Shown here piece by piece: positions 1 to 8,189 of a stretch of DNA of 64,000 nucleotides; the first letter of the stretch is position 1; the number at the start of each line of letters is the position of its first letter. The notes below the pieces were generated by a model. That model had not been told where the DNA came from, made no database searches, and saw nothing but the letters and a program-made list of their open reading frames with translations. Where the stretch lies: contig BLMC01000001.1 in assembly GCA_011959805.1 (NCBI GenBank), forward strand, positions 52,968-116,967, written 5' to 3'. A program made the position numbers and the translations under genes. The DNA is from Lachnospiraceae bacterium (GTDB lineage Bacteria; Bacillota; Clostridia; Lachnospirales; Lachnospiraceae).

Positions 1-1
1 T

Positions 2-694
2 AAATCTGGAAAGCTAGATGGATACTGTAGTACAGAGTTTCTCTATACAGGTGAGGAGGCGATTGCACGCGGGCGTGAGGTAGCTTCTATGATTGCAATA
101 GTAAACACACAGACGCTTAAAGTGCGAGAAGAACCCAGTACAGATTCTATTGTGATCACATTAATTCCACAGGAGGAGGAACTGGAAGTTGTTGAGATTA
201 TGGACAATGGATGGGTTAAATTCTTATTGGATGATGAGGAGGCTTATGTATCCGGTGATTATGTTGATGTGGAAGAACGGCTTGAGAAGGCGGTTACACT
301 TACAGAGCTGATGTATGGTCAAGGAATTTCCAATGTGCGTGTAGACTTGGTTCAGTATGCAAAACAGTTTGTTGGAAATCCTTATGTTTGGGGCGGAACC
401 AGCTTGACAAAAGGTGCGGACTGTTCAGGATTTACGCTAAGTATTTACAAAAAGTATGGTGTAAGCCTTCCACATCATGCAGCATCACAGGCACAGATGG
501 GTACCAAAGTAGATTACAGTTCTGCGCAGCCGGGAGACTTAGTATTTTATGCAAAGAATGGTCGTATTAATCATGTGGCAATCTACATAGGCAATGGCCA
601 GGTAATCCATGCATCGAGTCCAAAGACAGGAATTAAAATTTCTAGTTGGAATTATCGTACTCCAGCAGGAATCAGGAGGTATCTGCCAAATTGA
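2..694 (+). CDS. SH3b-domain NlpC/P60 (C40) cell-wall peptidase, 5'-truncated by the window edge
   Basis: Frame is open from base 2 (KSGKLDGYCSTEFL...) into the listed ORF. SH3b-like LKVREEPS..GWVK..AYVSGDYV; NlpC/P60 motifs PYVWGG, DCSGF, PGDLVFY, HVAIYIGNGQVIHAS. Confidence 0.9.
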   Translation, partial: KSGKLDGYCSTEFLYTGEEAIARGREVASMIAIVNTQTLKVREEPSTDSIVITLIPQEEELEVVEIMDNGWVKFLLDDEEAYVSGDYVDVEERLEKAVTLTELMYGQGISNVRVDLVQYAKQFVGNPYVWGGTSLTKGADCSGFTLSIYKKYGVSLPHHAASQAQMGTKVDYSSAQPGDLVFYAKNGRINHVAIYIGNGQVIHASSPKTGIKISSWNYRTPAGIRRYLPN

Positions 695-706
695 CAGTGC
701 GTATAA

Positions 707-870
707 ATGCACGAACTCCATCGGTGTTCGTGCTGTAAAGCGCGCATCATGTGTAGTATAATACATTCTTTTGCAATCCGCCGAAGGCATATCAGATGGG
801 ACTGAATCCCGCTACTGATACAAATAAGTTGCTTATTGCCTGTAGCGGTAAGAGTCATTCCACATCTGAT
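707..870 (-). repeat. Dispersed ~164-bp structured intergenic repeat, family A, copy 1
   Basis: Reverse complement ATCAGATGTGGAATGAC...AACTTATTTGTATCAGTAGCGGGATT...GGCGGATTGCA...CACGAACACCGATGGAGTTCGTGCAT aligns with 3681-3845 and 6749-6911. Confidence 0.9.
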
Positions 871-923
871 ATATTGCTGTTTGCTTTCCTTTTGCAACAG
901 GTAAAAATCCACGCAAAATTTTG

Positions 924-952
924 TTGCATAATCAATATTCGTATGATATACT
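924..952 (+). promoter_or_regulatory. Sigma-A promoter of rpsO
   Basis: TTGCAT (924-929), 17 bp, TATACT (947-952), with extended -10 TG. Confidence 0.65.
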
Positions 953-989
953 GAATAAGTGTGCTGCTGTTTCAGTACATTTATTCAGC

Positions 990-1035
990 CAATACCCAGT
1001 GTCGGGACACTCCGACCCAGACTTGGTATAGAGCG
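990..1035 (+). ncRNA. Probable S15 (rpsO) autoregulatory leader RNA
   Basis: Nested stems ATACC..GGTAT and GTCGG-GACACT-CCGAC directly upstream of the rpsO RBS; S15 leaders are established in Firmicutes. Confidence 0.5.
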
Positions 1036-1072
1036 GTTATAACAGATTGAATTGATATGGAGGATTTTTACA

Positions 1073-1339
1073 ATGATTTCTAAGGAAAAAAAGCAGGCGA
1101 TTATCGCTGAGTATGGTAGAAAGCCTGGCGACACAGGTTCACCAGAAGTACAGATTGCAATTCTGACGGCAAGGATTCAGGAATTGACAGAGCATTTGAA
1201 GAAGAACCAGAAAGACCATCACTCAAGACGTGGTCTTTTAAAGATGGTTGGTCAGAGACGTGGTTTGCTCGACTACTTAAAGGGGATTGACATCGAGGGA
1301 TATCGTGCTCTTATTGAGAAGCTTGGTATCAGAAAGTAA
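1073..1339 (+). CDS. rpsO: 30S ribosomal protein S15
   Basis: [36 protein letters not shown] signature; GGAGG RBS before ATG 1073. Confidence 0.98.
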   Translation: MISKEKKQAIIAEYGRKPGDTGSPEVQIAILTARIQELTEHLKKNQKDHHSRRGLLKMVGQRRGLLDYLKGIDIEGYRALIEKLGIRK

Positions 1340-1362
1340 TTTTTGAATACTTATGCATTTGG

Positions 1363-1388
1363 AGGAGCGGAGTTGTCCGCTCCTTTAT
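1363..1388 (+). terminator. Hairpin/terminator after rpsO
   Basis: AGGAGCGGA-GTTG-TCCGCTCCT followed by TTAT. Confidence 0.65.
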
Positions 1389-1542
1389 GTACATTCAATG
1401 TAAATGAAGTTTGGATAGAGGCTTGTTTCGAGACCGCTGAAAAGTTTATGAGACTTCGTAGGTTTTTCAGTAGTTTCGGCAGGTTCTATCTGACGGGAAG
1501 CAAAATGTTTTGTAGAGAAAAGAAAAGGAGTAATAAAATTGT

Positions 1543-3669
1543 ATGGAATATATGACATTTAGTGAGAAGAAGGACAAATCCTATAAGTCATACAGTATGG
1601 AATTAGCAGGACGTACATTGACAATTGACATAGGAAGAGTGGCAGCACAGGCAAACGGAGCGGCATTGATGCACTATGGAGATACGACAGTGCTCTGTAC
1701 AGTTACAGCATCGGACAAGCCAAGAGATGGCATTGATTTCTTTCCACTTTCTGTGGAATTTGAAGAAAAACTTTACTCTGTAGGGAAGATTCCAGGGGGC
1801 TTTAATAAAAGGGAAGGCAAAGCGAGTGAGAATGCAATTCTTACAAGCCGTGTTATTGATAGGCCAATGCGCCCACTATTTCCAAAGGACTACAGAAATG
1901 ATGTTACCTTAAATAATATGGTGATGAGTGTTGACCCAGATTGTCGTCCAGAATTGGTTGCAATGATAGGGTCTGCGATTGTTACATCCATATCAGATAT
2001 TCCGTTTGATGGCCCTTGTGCGACAACACAGATGGGACTTGTCGATGGAGAGCTTGTAGTAAATCCAAATCAAGAACAGTGGAAAAATGGTGATTTACAG
2101 CTTACAGTTGCTTCCACAAGCCAGAAGGTGATTATGATAGAGGCTGGCGCAAACGAAGTCCCAGAGGACAAGATGATAGAGGCGATTTATAAATGCCATG
2201 AGATTAATCAGACAATCATTGCATTCATCAATCAGATTGTGGCAGAAATTGGAAAACCGAAACACCAATATACAAGTTGTGCCATTCCAGAAGAGATGTT
2301 TGCGAGAATCAAAGAAATTGTTCCTCCAGAAGAGATGGAGGTAGCGGTATTTACAGATGAAAAGCAGGTAAGAGAGGAGAATATCCGCAAGATTACCGAG
2401 AAGTTAGAGGAGGCTTTTACAGACAATGAGGAGTGGCTTGCCATTCTAGGAGAAGCGATTTATCAGTATCAGAAAAAGACAGTTCGCAAGATGATTTTAA
2501 AAGATCACAAGCGTCCTGATGGTCGTGCGATTACGCAGATTCGCCCACTGGGAGCTGAGGTTGATATTATACCAAGAGTTCACGGTTCTGCAATGTTTAC
2601 TCGTGGACAGACACAGATTTGTACTGTTACCACGTTGGCACCATTGTCGGAGGTTCAAAAGATTGATGGACTTGACGAGAACGAGACAGCTAAGCGATAT
2701 ATGCATCACTATAATTTTCCATCTTATTCAGTTGGTGAGACAAAGCCGTCAAGAGGCCCAGGAAGACGCGAAATTGGACATGGTGCGCTTGCAGAAAAGG
2801 CGCTTGTGCCTGTAATTCCGTCCGAGGAAGAATTTCCGTATGCGATTCGTACAGTATCTGAAACTTTTGAGTCGAATGGTTCTACATCACAAGGTTCTAT
2901 CTGTGCATCAACGATGTCATTGATGGCAGCCGGTGTACCAATTAAAAAACCAGTAGCAGGAATTTCTTGTGGCTTGGTAACTGGAGAGACAGATGATGAT
3001 TATCTTGTATTGACAGATATTCAGGGACTTGAGGATTTCTTTGGAGATATGGACTTTAAGGTTGCTGGAACAAAAGACGGAATTACAGCAATTCAGATGG
3101 ATATTAAAATTCATGGTTTGACCAGACCAATTGTTGAGGAGGCAATTGCAAAGACAAGAGATGCTAGGATGTATATTCTAAATGAGATTATGCTTCCATG
3201 TATTAATCAGCCAAGACCAACTGTTGGTGAGTATGCGCCAAAGATTATTCAGACAAAGATTGACCCTGAGAAGATTGGTGATGTGGTAGGGCAACGAGGC
3301 AAGACAATCAATTCTATTATTGAACAGACAGGCGTGAAGATTGACATTTCTGATGATGGTTTTGTGAGTATTTGTGGTACGGATAAAAAGATGATGGACA
3401 AGGCGTGTGAAATGATTAAGATTATCACAACGGATTTTGAAGCTGGACAGGTATTCAAAGGCAAGGTAGTCAGCATTAAGGAGTTTGGTGCATTTCTTGA
3501 GTTCGCACCTGGAAAAGAAGGTATGGTACACATATCCAAGATTGCGAAGGAGCGCATCAATCACGTTGAGGACGTGTTGACACTTGGTGATGTTGTTACT
3601 GTAGTATGCCTTGGCAGGGATAAAATGGGTCGTATTAGCTTCTCGATGAAGGATGTAGCACAACAATAG
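1543..3669 (+). CDS. pnp: Polyribonucleotide nucleotidyltransferase (PNPase)
   Basis: DFFPLSVEFEEK, SRVIDRPMRPLFP, GRREIGHGALAEKAL, GDMDFKVAGT, C-terminal KH and S1 domains; follows rpsO. Confidence 0.98.
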   Translation: MEYMTFSEKKDKSYKSYSMELAGRTLTIDIGRVAAQANGAALMHYGDTTVLCTVTASDKPRDGIDFFPLSVEFEEKLYSVGKIPGGFNKREGKASENAILTSRVIDRPMRPLFPKDYRNDVTLNNMVMSVDPDCRPELVAMIGSAIVTSISDIPFDGPCATTQMGLVDGELVVNPNQEQWKNGDLQLTVASTSQKVIMIEAGANEVPEDKMIEAIYKCHEINQTIIAFINQIVAEIGKPKHQYTSCAIPEEMFARIKEIVPPEEMEVAVFTDEKQVREENIRKITEKLEEAFTDNEEWLAILGEAIYQYQKKTVRKMILKDHKRPDGRAITQIRPLGAEVDIIPRVHGSAMFTRGQTQICTVTTLAPLSEVQKIDGLDENETAKRYMHHYNFPSYSVGETKPSRGPGRREIGHGALAEKALVPVIPSEEEFPYAIRTVSETFESNGSTSQGSICASTMSLMAAGVPIKKPVAGISCGLVTGETDDDYLVLTDIQGLEDFFGDMDFKVAGTKDGITAIQMDIKIHGLTRPIVEEAIAKTRDARMYILNEIMLPCINQPRPTVGEYAPKIIQTKIDPEKIGDVVGQRGKTINSIIEQTGVKIDISDDGFVSICGTDKKMMDKACEMIKIITTDFEAGQVFKGKVVSIKEFGAFLEFAPGKEGMVHISKIAKERINHVEDVLTLGDVVTVVCLGRDKMGRISFSMKDVAQQ

Positions 3670-3680
3670 TAAATAATAAT

Positions 3681-3845
3681 ATCAGATGTGGAATAACTTT
3701 TGTCGCTATAGGCAGTGAGCAACTTATTTGTATCAGTGGCGGGATTTAATCTCCCATCGGATAGCTTCTGGCGGATTGCAGAAGAATATATCGTACTGCA
3801 CATGATGCGCGCTTCGCAGCAAGAACGCTGATGGCGCTTTTGAAT
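3681..3845 (+). repeat. Family A repeat, copy 2
   Basis: ATCAGATGTGGAATAAC...AACTTATTTGTATCAGTGGCGGGATT...GGCGGATTGCAGAA...GCAGCAAGAACGCTGATGG; lies between the pnp stop and its terminator. Confidence 0.9.
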
Positions 3846-3851
3846 GGTATT

Positions 3852-3886
3852 AGAGAGACTCTTTTAAATAGGAGTCTCTCTTTTTA
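3852..3886 (+). terminator. Rho-independent terminator of pnp
   Basis: AGAGAGACTC-loop-GAGTCTCTCT followed by a T-run. Confidence 0.85.
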
Positions 3887-4060
3887 TGATACTAAACTCT
3901 AATAGTGCAGTCGCATATGTGATTTATTAGTCAAAGAAAGAGTAATTTTATTTTAAAACTTGACATACTGTTGTCATATTTTGTTTGATATGATGTATAT
4001 AACAATACGAAAAGTATTAAGAACTAATAATTGTATTTTTATAAAAAGGAGATTAAAAAT

Positions 4061-4606
4061 ATGGCAAGACCAACAACAAAGTTAGATTTGATTGAGGCTT
4101 CAAACAGTGGATATGAAAGTTTAATGGCATTTATTGATTCCATGACAGAACGAGAATTGGCGACGTCTTTTGATTTTTCAGAAGATGAAAAGAAAAAGGA
4201 GGCGCATTGGCAGCGCGACAAGAATCTTCGAGATATATTAATTCATCTGTATGAGTGGCATAATTTGACCCTTAATTGGGTGCCATCAAATCAAAAAGGA
4301 GAAGCGCGGTCTTATTTGCCAAAACCATATACGTGGAAAACATATGGACAAATGAATTTATTTTTCTGGAAAAAGCATCAAAATACAACGTTGGAGGAAG
4401 CAAAGCAAATGTTAAAACAGTCCCATGAGGATATTATGAAGTTGGCAGAAAGTTTTTCTAATGAGGAATTATTTTCAAAAGGAGTTTTTGACTGGGTGGG
4501 AGGAAGTCCGTTAGGTTCTTATTTTGTGAGTAATACATCTAGTCATTATATGTGGGCATTAAAGAAGCTTAAAGCGCATCGGAAGAATTGTAAGACTGTT
4601 AAATGA
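4061..4606 (+). CDS. ClbS/DfsB-family (DUF1706, DinB-like) four-helix-bundle protein
   Basis: MARPTTK start, RDKNLRDILIHLYEWH, PKPYTWK, FSNEELF, NTSSHYMWA motifs; AAGGAG RBS. Confidence 0.8.
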   Translation: MARPTTKLDLIEASNSGYESLMAFIDSMTERELATSFDFSEDEKKKEAHWQRDKNLRDILIHLYEWHNLTLNWVPSNQKGEARSYLPKPYTWKTYGQMNLFFWKKHQNTTLEEAKQMLKQSHEDIMKLAESFSNEELFSKGVFDWVGGSPLGSYFVSNTSSHYMWALKKLKAHRKNCKTVK

Positions 4607-4900
4607 AAACGCTTGTGGTTGTTTTTACTATACTGAGATGTACTGAAATCTATAGAATCAGTACAATAGAAAATTCCTTTTTTTGTTTTTATTATACCAC
4701 AAATATTAGAAAAATTAAAGACTAGAAATACGTCGCTTAATAGAATATACTTGAAATCGTTATTGTTTGCGCTGCAACTATATTGGATATTATTTCGTGT
4801 GGTGTAAGCGTAAACAGTAATAATTTGTGGGCACTACTTCCTTTTTGAGTGTTCGCTTAGGCAGGTAAATGAAAGTTAGAAGAAAGGCTAGGGGCGGTGT

Positions 4901-5434
4901 ATGGAAAACATAAATTGGATGGCAATCTTAGAACAGACACAGATACAAAAGGTTATGGAGTCAAACCAGTATACAGAACAGTATGGGCTAATCTTAGCGG
5001 AGCAGGATACAAAAGTTTTGATGCAGGAACGTAAAAGTACACTTATGGAGCAGAAACGTGTTGAGTTCGGAGAGAGCATTTTGCCGCGTATAATCTATGA
5101 ATTTTGCGATTCTGCGTTTATCAGTCAGAGCAATTATCTGGAATCGTTAATTCGGTTGCAGGAAATTTTTTTTCTGTATAAGAATGAGATGCTTGATGAA
5201 ATTTCAGATGAAGAACTTCTTAACTTTATGAAACAACAGTTTGAGACAGTATGTTTTGGAGATTTTGACTATCTTGAGGGAACTTGTCTTGACCTCTTTG
5301 CACAAGCGATTCGCGCTGGATACCACGGATATAAAAAAACAGCAGGAAAGGGTGAATATGCAGCCTTTGATATTGTTCCGCGCTGGGATAGGGAACTGTA
5401 TTTGGAAACATTACGTGAATTGTGCTGGCGATAA
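4901..5434 (+). CDS. Conserved hypothetical protein (DUF6323-like)
   Basis: 177 aa; QYGLIL..RVEFGESILPRIIYEFCDS..EIFFLYKNEMLDEISDEEL pattern recalled for this family. Confidence 0.6.
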   Translation: MENINWMAILEQTQIQKVMESNQYTEQYGLILAEQDTKVLMQERKSTLMEQKRVEFGESILPRIIYEFCDSAFISQSNYLESLIRLQEIFFLYKNEMLDEISDEELLNFMKQQFETVCFGDFDYLEGTCLDLFAQAIRAGYHGYKKTAGKGEYAAFDIVPRWDRELYLETLRELCWR

Positions 5435-5491
5435 TAGTTCTTTTATAGAATGTTTAGTATTGAATGGAATATTGATTTGAGGAGGAAAAAT

Positions 5492-6313
5492 ATGTACGAT
5501 ATAAATGAACTATTTCCTGTTGTAGCGATGTTATCAAGGCAGTTTACTGGAATAGAGAGCAGTTCTGTTTCTTATGAAAAGGCAAGTCAGTTGATGGAGG
5601 CAGTGCTTTACTGCATCCAGGAGGCAGAATCCTATAAAGGTACTTCTCTAATTAGCCCACAGTCGAGTGCAATGCAAGTGTATAAGACAGGGGCACAGTT
5701 AGTACGAAGAAAAACAGAAGAACTGCTTGTTTTTTATGAAAATCATAAAAAACAATTCTGCACTTACGGAAATGTATATCTTGCAGATCTTTTATACAAA
5801 GGGATTCCAGCTTTTTTTCAATATTATGATGAAAATTTTGCGCCGCAAAATACGATTTTAACATTAGATTATCCAATTTTTATGGATTTGTCTGAATATC
5901 AGGGGATTGATTGTATCGATTTATATGTGAGAAGCATTGCCGATGAACAGCGATTTTTAGCGAAATTTGGAGAAGATTATGTGCGAAAGGTATTGCAGTC
6001 ATACAGTGCAAATTATCAAGACCTGCCAGAGAATATTGCAGGAATTGTTTTTGGAAATGTGATTGGACATTTGATTGTGGGGAAAAAGCTGACAGATAGA
6101 TTGCTTGAAGGGGATTTGCGTAAAATTTGTGAACAGGGTTGTCAGGAGGGATTTATAGAAAAAGTAACAGATTTGGTAGAGACATTTTTACAGCAACATT
6201 TTACAAAAGAGCTAGGAACGATACAATATATGAAAAGAGGTTTGACAGATATTTGTGTTAGAATAAGCGCTGTTGCTATTTCTGAAAATATAAATAAAAT
6301 AGTAGTATATTAA
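5492..6313 (+). CDS. Conserved hypothetical protein (DUF6179-like)
   Basis: GAGGAGG RBS before ATG 5492; SSSVSYEKASQLMEAVLYCI and FAPQNTILTLDYP motifs. Confidence 0.6.
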   Translation: MYDINELFPVVAMLSRQFTGIESSSVSYEKASQLMEAVLYCIQEAESYKGTSLISPQSSAMQVYKTGAQLVRRKTEELLVFYENHKKQFCTYGNVYLADLLYKGIPAFFQYYDENFAPQNTILTLDYPIFMDLSEYQGIDCIDLYVRSIADEQRFLAKFGEDYVRKVLQSYSANYQDLPENIAGIVFGNVIGHLIVGKKLTDRLLEGDLRKICEQGCQEGFIEKVTDLVETFLQQHFTKELGTIQYMKRGLTDICVRISAVAISENINKIVVY

Positions 6314-6699
6314 TTCAAAACTAAGAGTTGGCAGTGGAATCAGGAAATTATTTGAATAGGACAAAAGTAGCGTTGTCAATCTTATAGTCATAACTTCCAA
6401 CTAGATTTTTCTGTAAGACAACAAAACCTAATAATTCAACAGCAAATGGTTTTATCCAAGTGCTATCTTCATAAAATTTTATAGTCATCAGTTGTTCCAA
6501 CAACAGAAATAGTTGGTATTCCAGCTAAATATAAAGTTTGCTGGGCCACTCCAAAATATTTTGCAAGTCTATTTGTAGATGACCTAATATTATTTAGCAG
6601 ATAAAGAGTAATGTCAATCTTTATAAAGTATCTTTTTTCATGTTTTTCAATAGTATTATAGCATTTTTGAAATAATAATACGATTCTTTAAAAAGATGG

Positions 6700-6751
6700 T
6701 TGACGCATTATATTATTAATGTTAACTTATAATCAATAAAATGTTTACATC
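6700..6751 (+). promoter_or_regulatory. BirA operator overlapping the bioB promoter
   Basis: TGTTAAC (6720-6726)-N16-GTTTACA (6743-6749) matches the Firmicute BirA box; TTGACG at 6700-6705 is a candidate -35. Confidence 0.8.
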
Positions 6752-6911
6752 AGATGTGGAATGATTCCTATCTCTATAGGCAGTGAGGAACTTATTTGTA
6801 TCAGTGGCGGGATTCAATCCCCATCTGTATGCCTTTGGCGGATTGCAGAAAAATGGATCGTGCGTGCATAATACGTGTTTTGCAGCAAGAACGCTGATGG
6901 TGTTCTTGAAT
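6749..6911 (+). repeat. Family A repeat, copy 3 (in the bioB 5' UTR)
   Basis: ATCAGATGTGGAATGAT...AACTTATTTGTATCAGTGGCGGGATT...CAAGAACGCTGATGGTGTTCTTGAAT, ending right before the AGGAGG RBS. Confidence 0.9.
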
Positions 6912-6924
6912 AGGAGGAAAAGAG

Positions 6925-7890
6925 ATGAACATTATTGAAGAATGCAGACAAAAAATATACAGCGGCAAAAATATAACTCGCGAGGAAGCAATTTCGCTTG
7001 TAAAGGAACCTTTAGAGGCGTTGACAACAGTAGCAAATGAAATCCGAAAACACATATGCAAAAATCGTTTTGACTTATGTACAATTGTAAATGGTAAGTG
7101 TGGAAAGTGTTCCGAGGACTGTAAATACTGTGCACAAAGTATACATTATCATACAGATTGCCAAGAAAGCTATCCATTGTTGCAGACAAGTATACTTTTG
7201 GCTGGCGCAAAACACAATGCGCAACAGGGAGTGCGACGGTACTCAATTGTTACATCAGGAAAAAGACTAAGTGACCAGGAGATTTCACAAGTTTGCGAGA
7301 GTATCAGTGAAATCCGCAGACAAACAGACCTTGAAATTTGTGTATCATTTGGACTTTTGAATGAAAAGCAGTTTATGAAACTAAAACAAGCAGGAGTATC
7401 CAGAGTACATTGTAATTTGGAGTCCTCAAAAAGATATTTTCCTAAAATCTGTACAACCCATACTTATGAGGATAAACTTACTACATTAAGGGCGGCAAAA
7501 AATGCAGGATTAAGTGTATGTTCTGGCGGCATTATGGGAATGGGGGAAACAATGGAAGACAGGATTGATATGGCGTTGGATTTGCGAGAGTTGGGGGTAA
7601 CATCCATTCCTGTGAATCTTTTAAATCCTATAAAGGGAACCCCTTACGAAGAGAATCATGTTTTGAAAAATGATGAATTTTGCCGAATTATTGCTATCTT
7701 TCGCTTTATAATACCAGATGGTGATATCCGACTTGCTGGGGGAAGAGGCCTTTTGAACGATAAGGGAAGACGCTGTTTTCAGAGTGGTGCTAACGCTGCT
7801 ATATCGGGAGATATGCTTACAACAGCAGGAATAACTGTGTCTTCCGACCAAAAGATGTTAGAGGAACTAGGGTATTATTTTATAAAATAA
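6925..7890 (+). CDS. bioB: Biotin synthase (radical SAM)
   Basis: CSEDCKYCAQS (CxxxCxxC), HCNLESS, CSGGIMGMGET, IRLAGGR, GDMLTT; BirA box upstream. Confidence 0.96.
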   Translation: MNIIEECRQKIYSGKNITREEAISLVKEPLEALTTVANEIRKHICKNRFDLCTIVNGKCGKCSEDCKYCAQSIHYHTDCQESYPLLQTSILLAGAKHNAQQGVRRYSIVTSGKRLSDQEISQVCESISEIRRQTDLEICVSFGLLNEKQFMKLKQAGVSRVHCNLESSKRYFPKICTTHTYEDKLTTLRAAKNAGLSVCSGGIMGMGETMEDRIDMALDLRELGVTSIPVNLLNPIKGTPYEENHVLKNDEFCRIIAIFRFIIPDGDIRLAGGRGLLNDKGRRCFQSGANAAISGDMLTTAGITVSSDQKMLEELGYYFIK

Positions 7891-7962
7891 ATTTAATAAA
7901 ATTTAAAGAAATTTTAGAGAAAATTTAAAGACATTTCGTGTATAATATAATTTGGGAAAATT

Positions 7963-8093
7963 AAGTCAACAATCCATAGCAAACTGAAAAAGCGTCAAGC
8001 TTGCAACGCAATAAACTACGGGTATTAGATTATTGTAATATTTGCCAAATGTCTGTTTGGAAATCGTTTGACTTATTGCTCGTGGGAATAAAA
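7963..8093 (+). repeat. Dispersed ~130-bp repeat, family B, copy 1
   Basis: AAGTCAACAATCC...ATTAGATT...ATTTGCCAAAT...ATTGCTCGTGGGAATAAAA aligns end to end with 33287-33422. Confidence 0.75.
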
Positions 8094-8189
8094 ATTTTTA
8101 ATTATGTGAAACTTATTATCTGTTTACAACGTCTAATGTATAGGATTATCATTTTGCAAAATGATTAAAAGGTAGTGGGGAGATACAAA

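Noticed and set aside
1343-1555. 70-aa ORF between rpsO and pnp
   Set aside because: TTG start without an RBS; the region is explained by the terminator and the leader hairpin.
6400-6660. Minus-strand remnant of a NiaR/3H-type regulator (..NRLAKYFGVAQQ..) divergent from bioB
   Set aside because: Only a short HTH-like word, no in-frame start, early stop; cannot be separated from chance without a tBLASTn/HMM hit.
7975-8050. c-di-GMP-I riboswitch (GCAAAC..ACGCAA..TTGCC words)
   Set aside because: The required stems and GNRA loop/receptor are missing; the region aligns instead with the repeat at 33287-33422.
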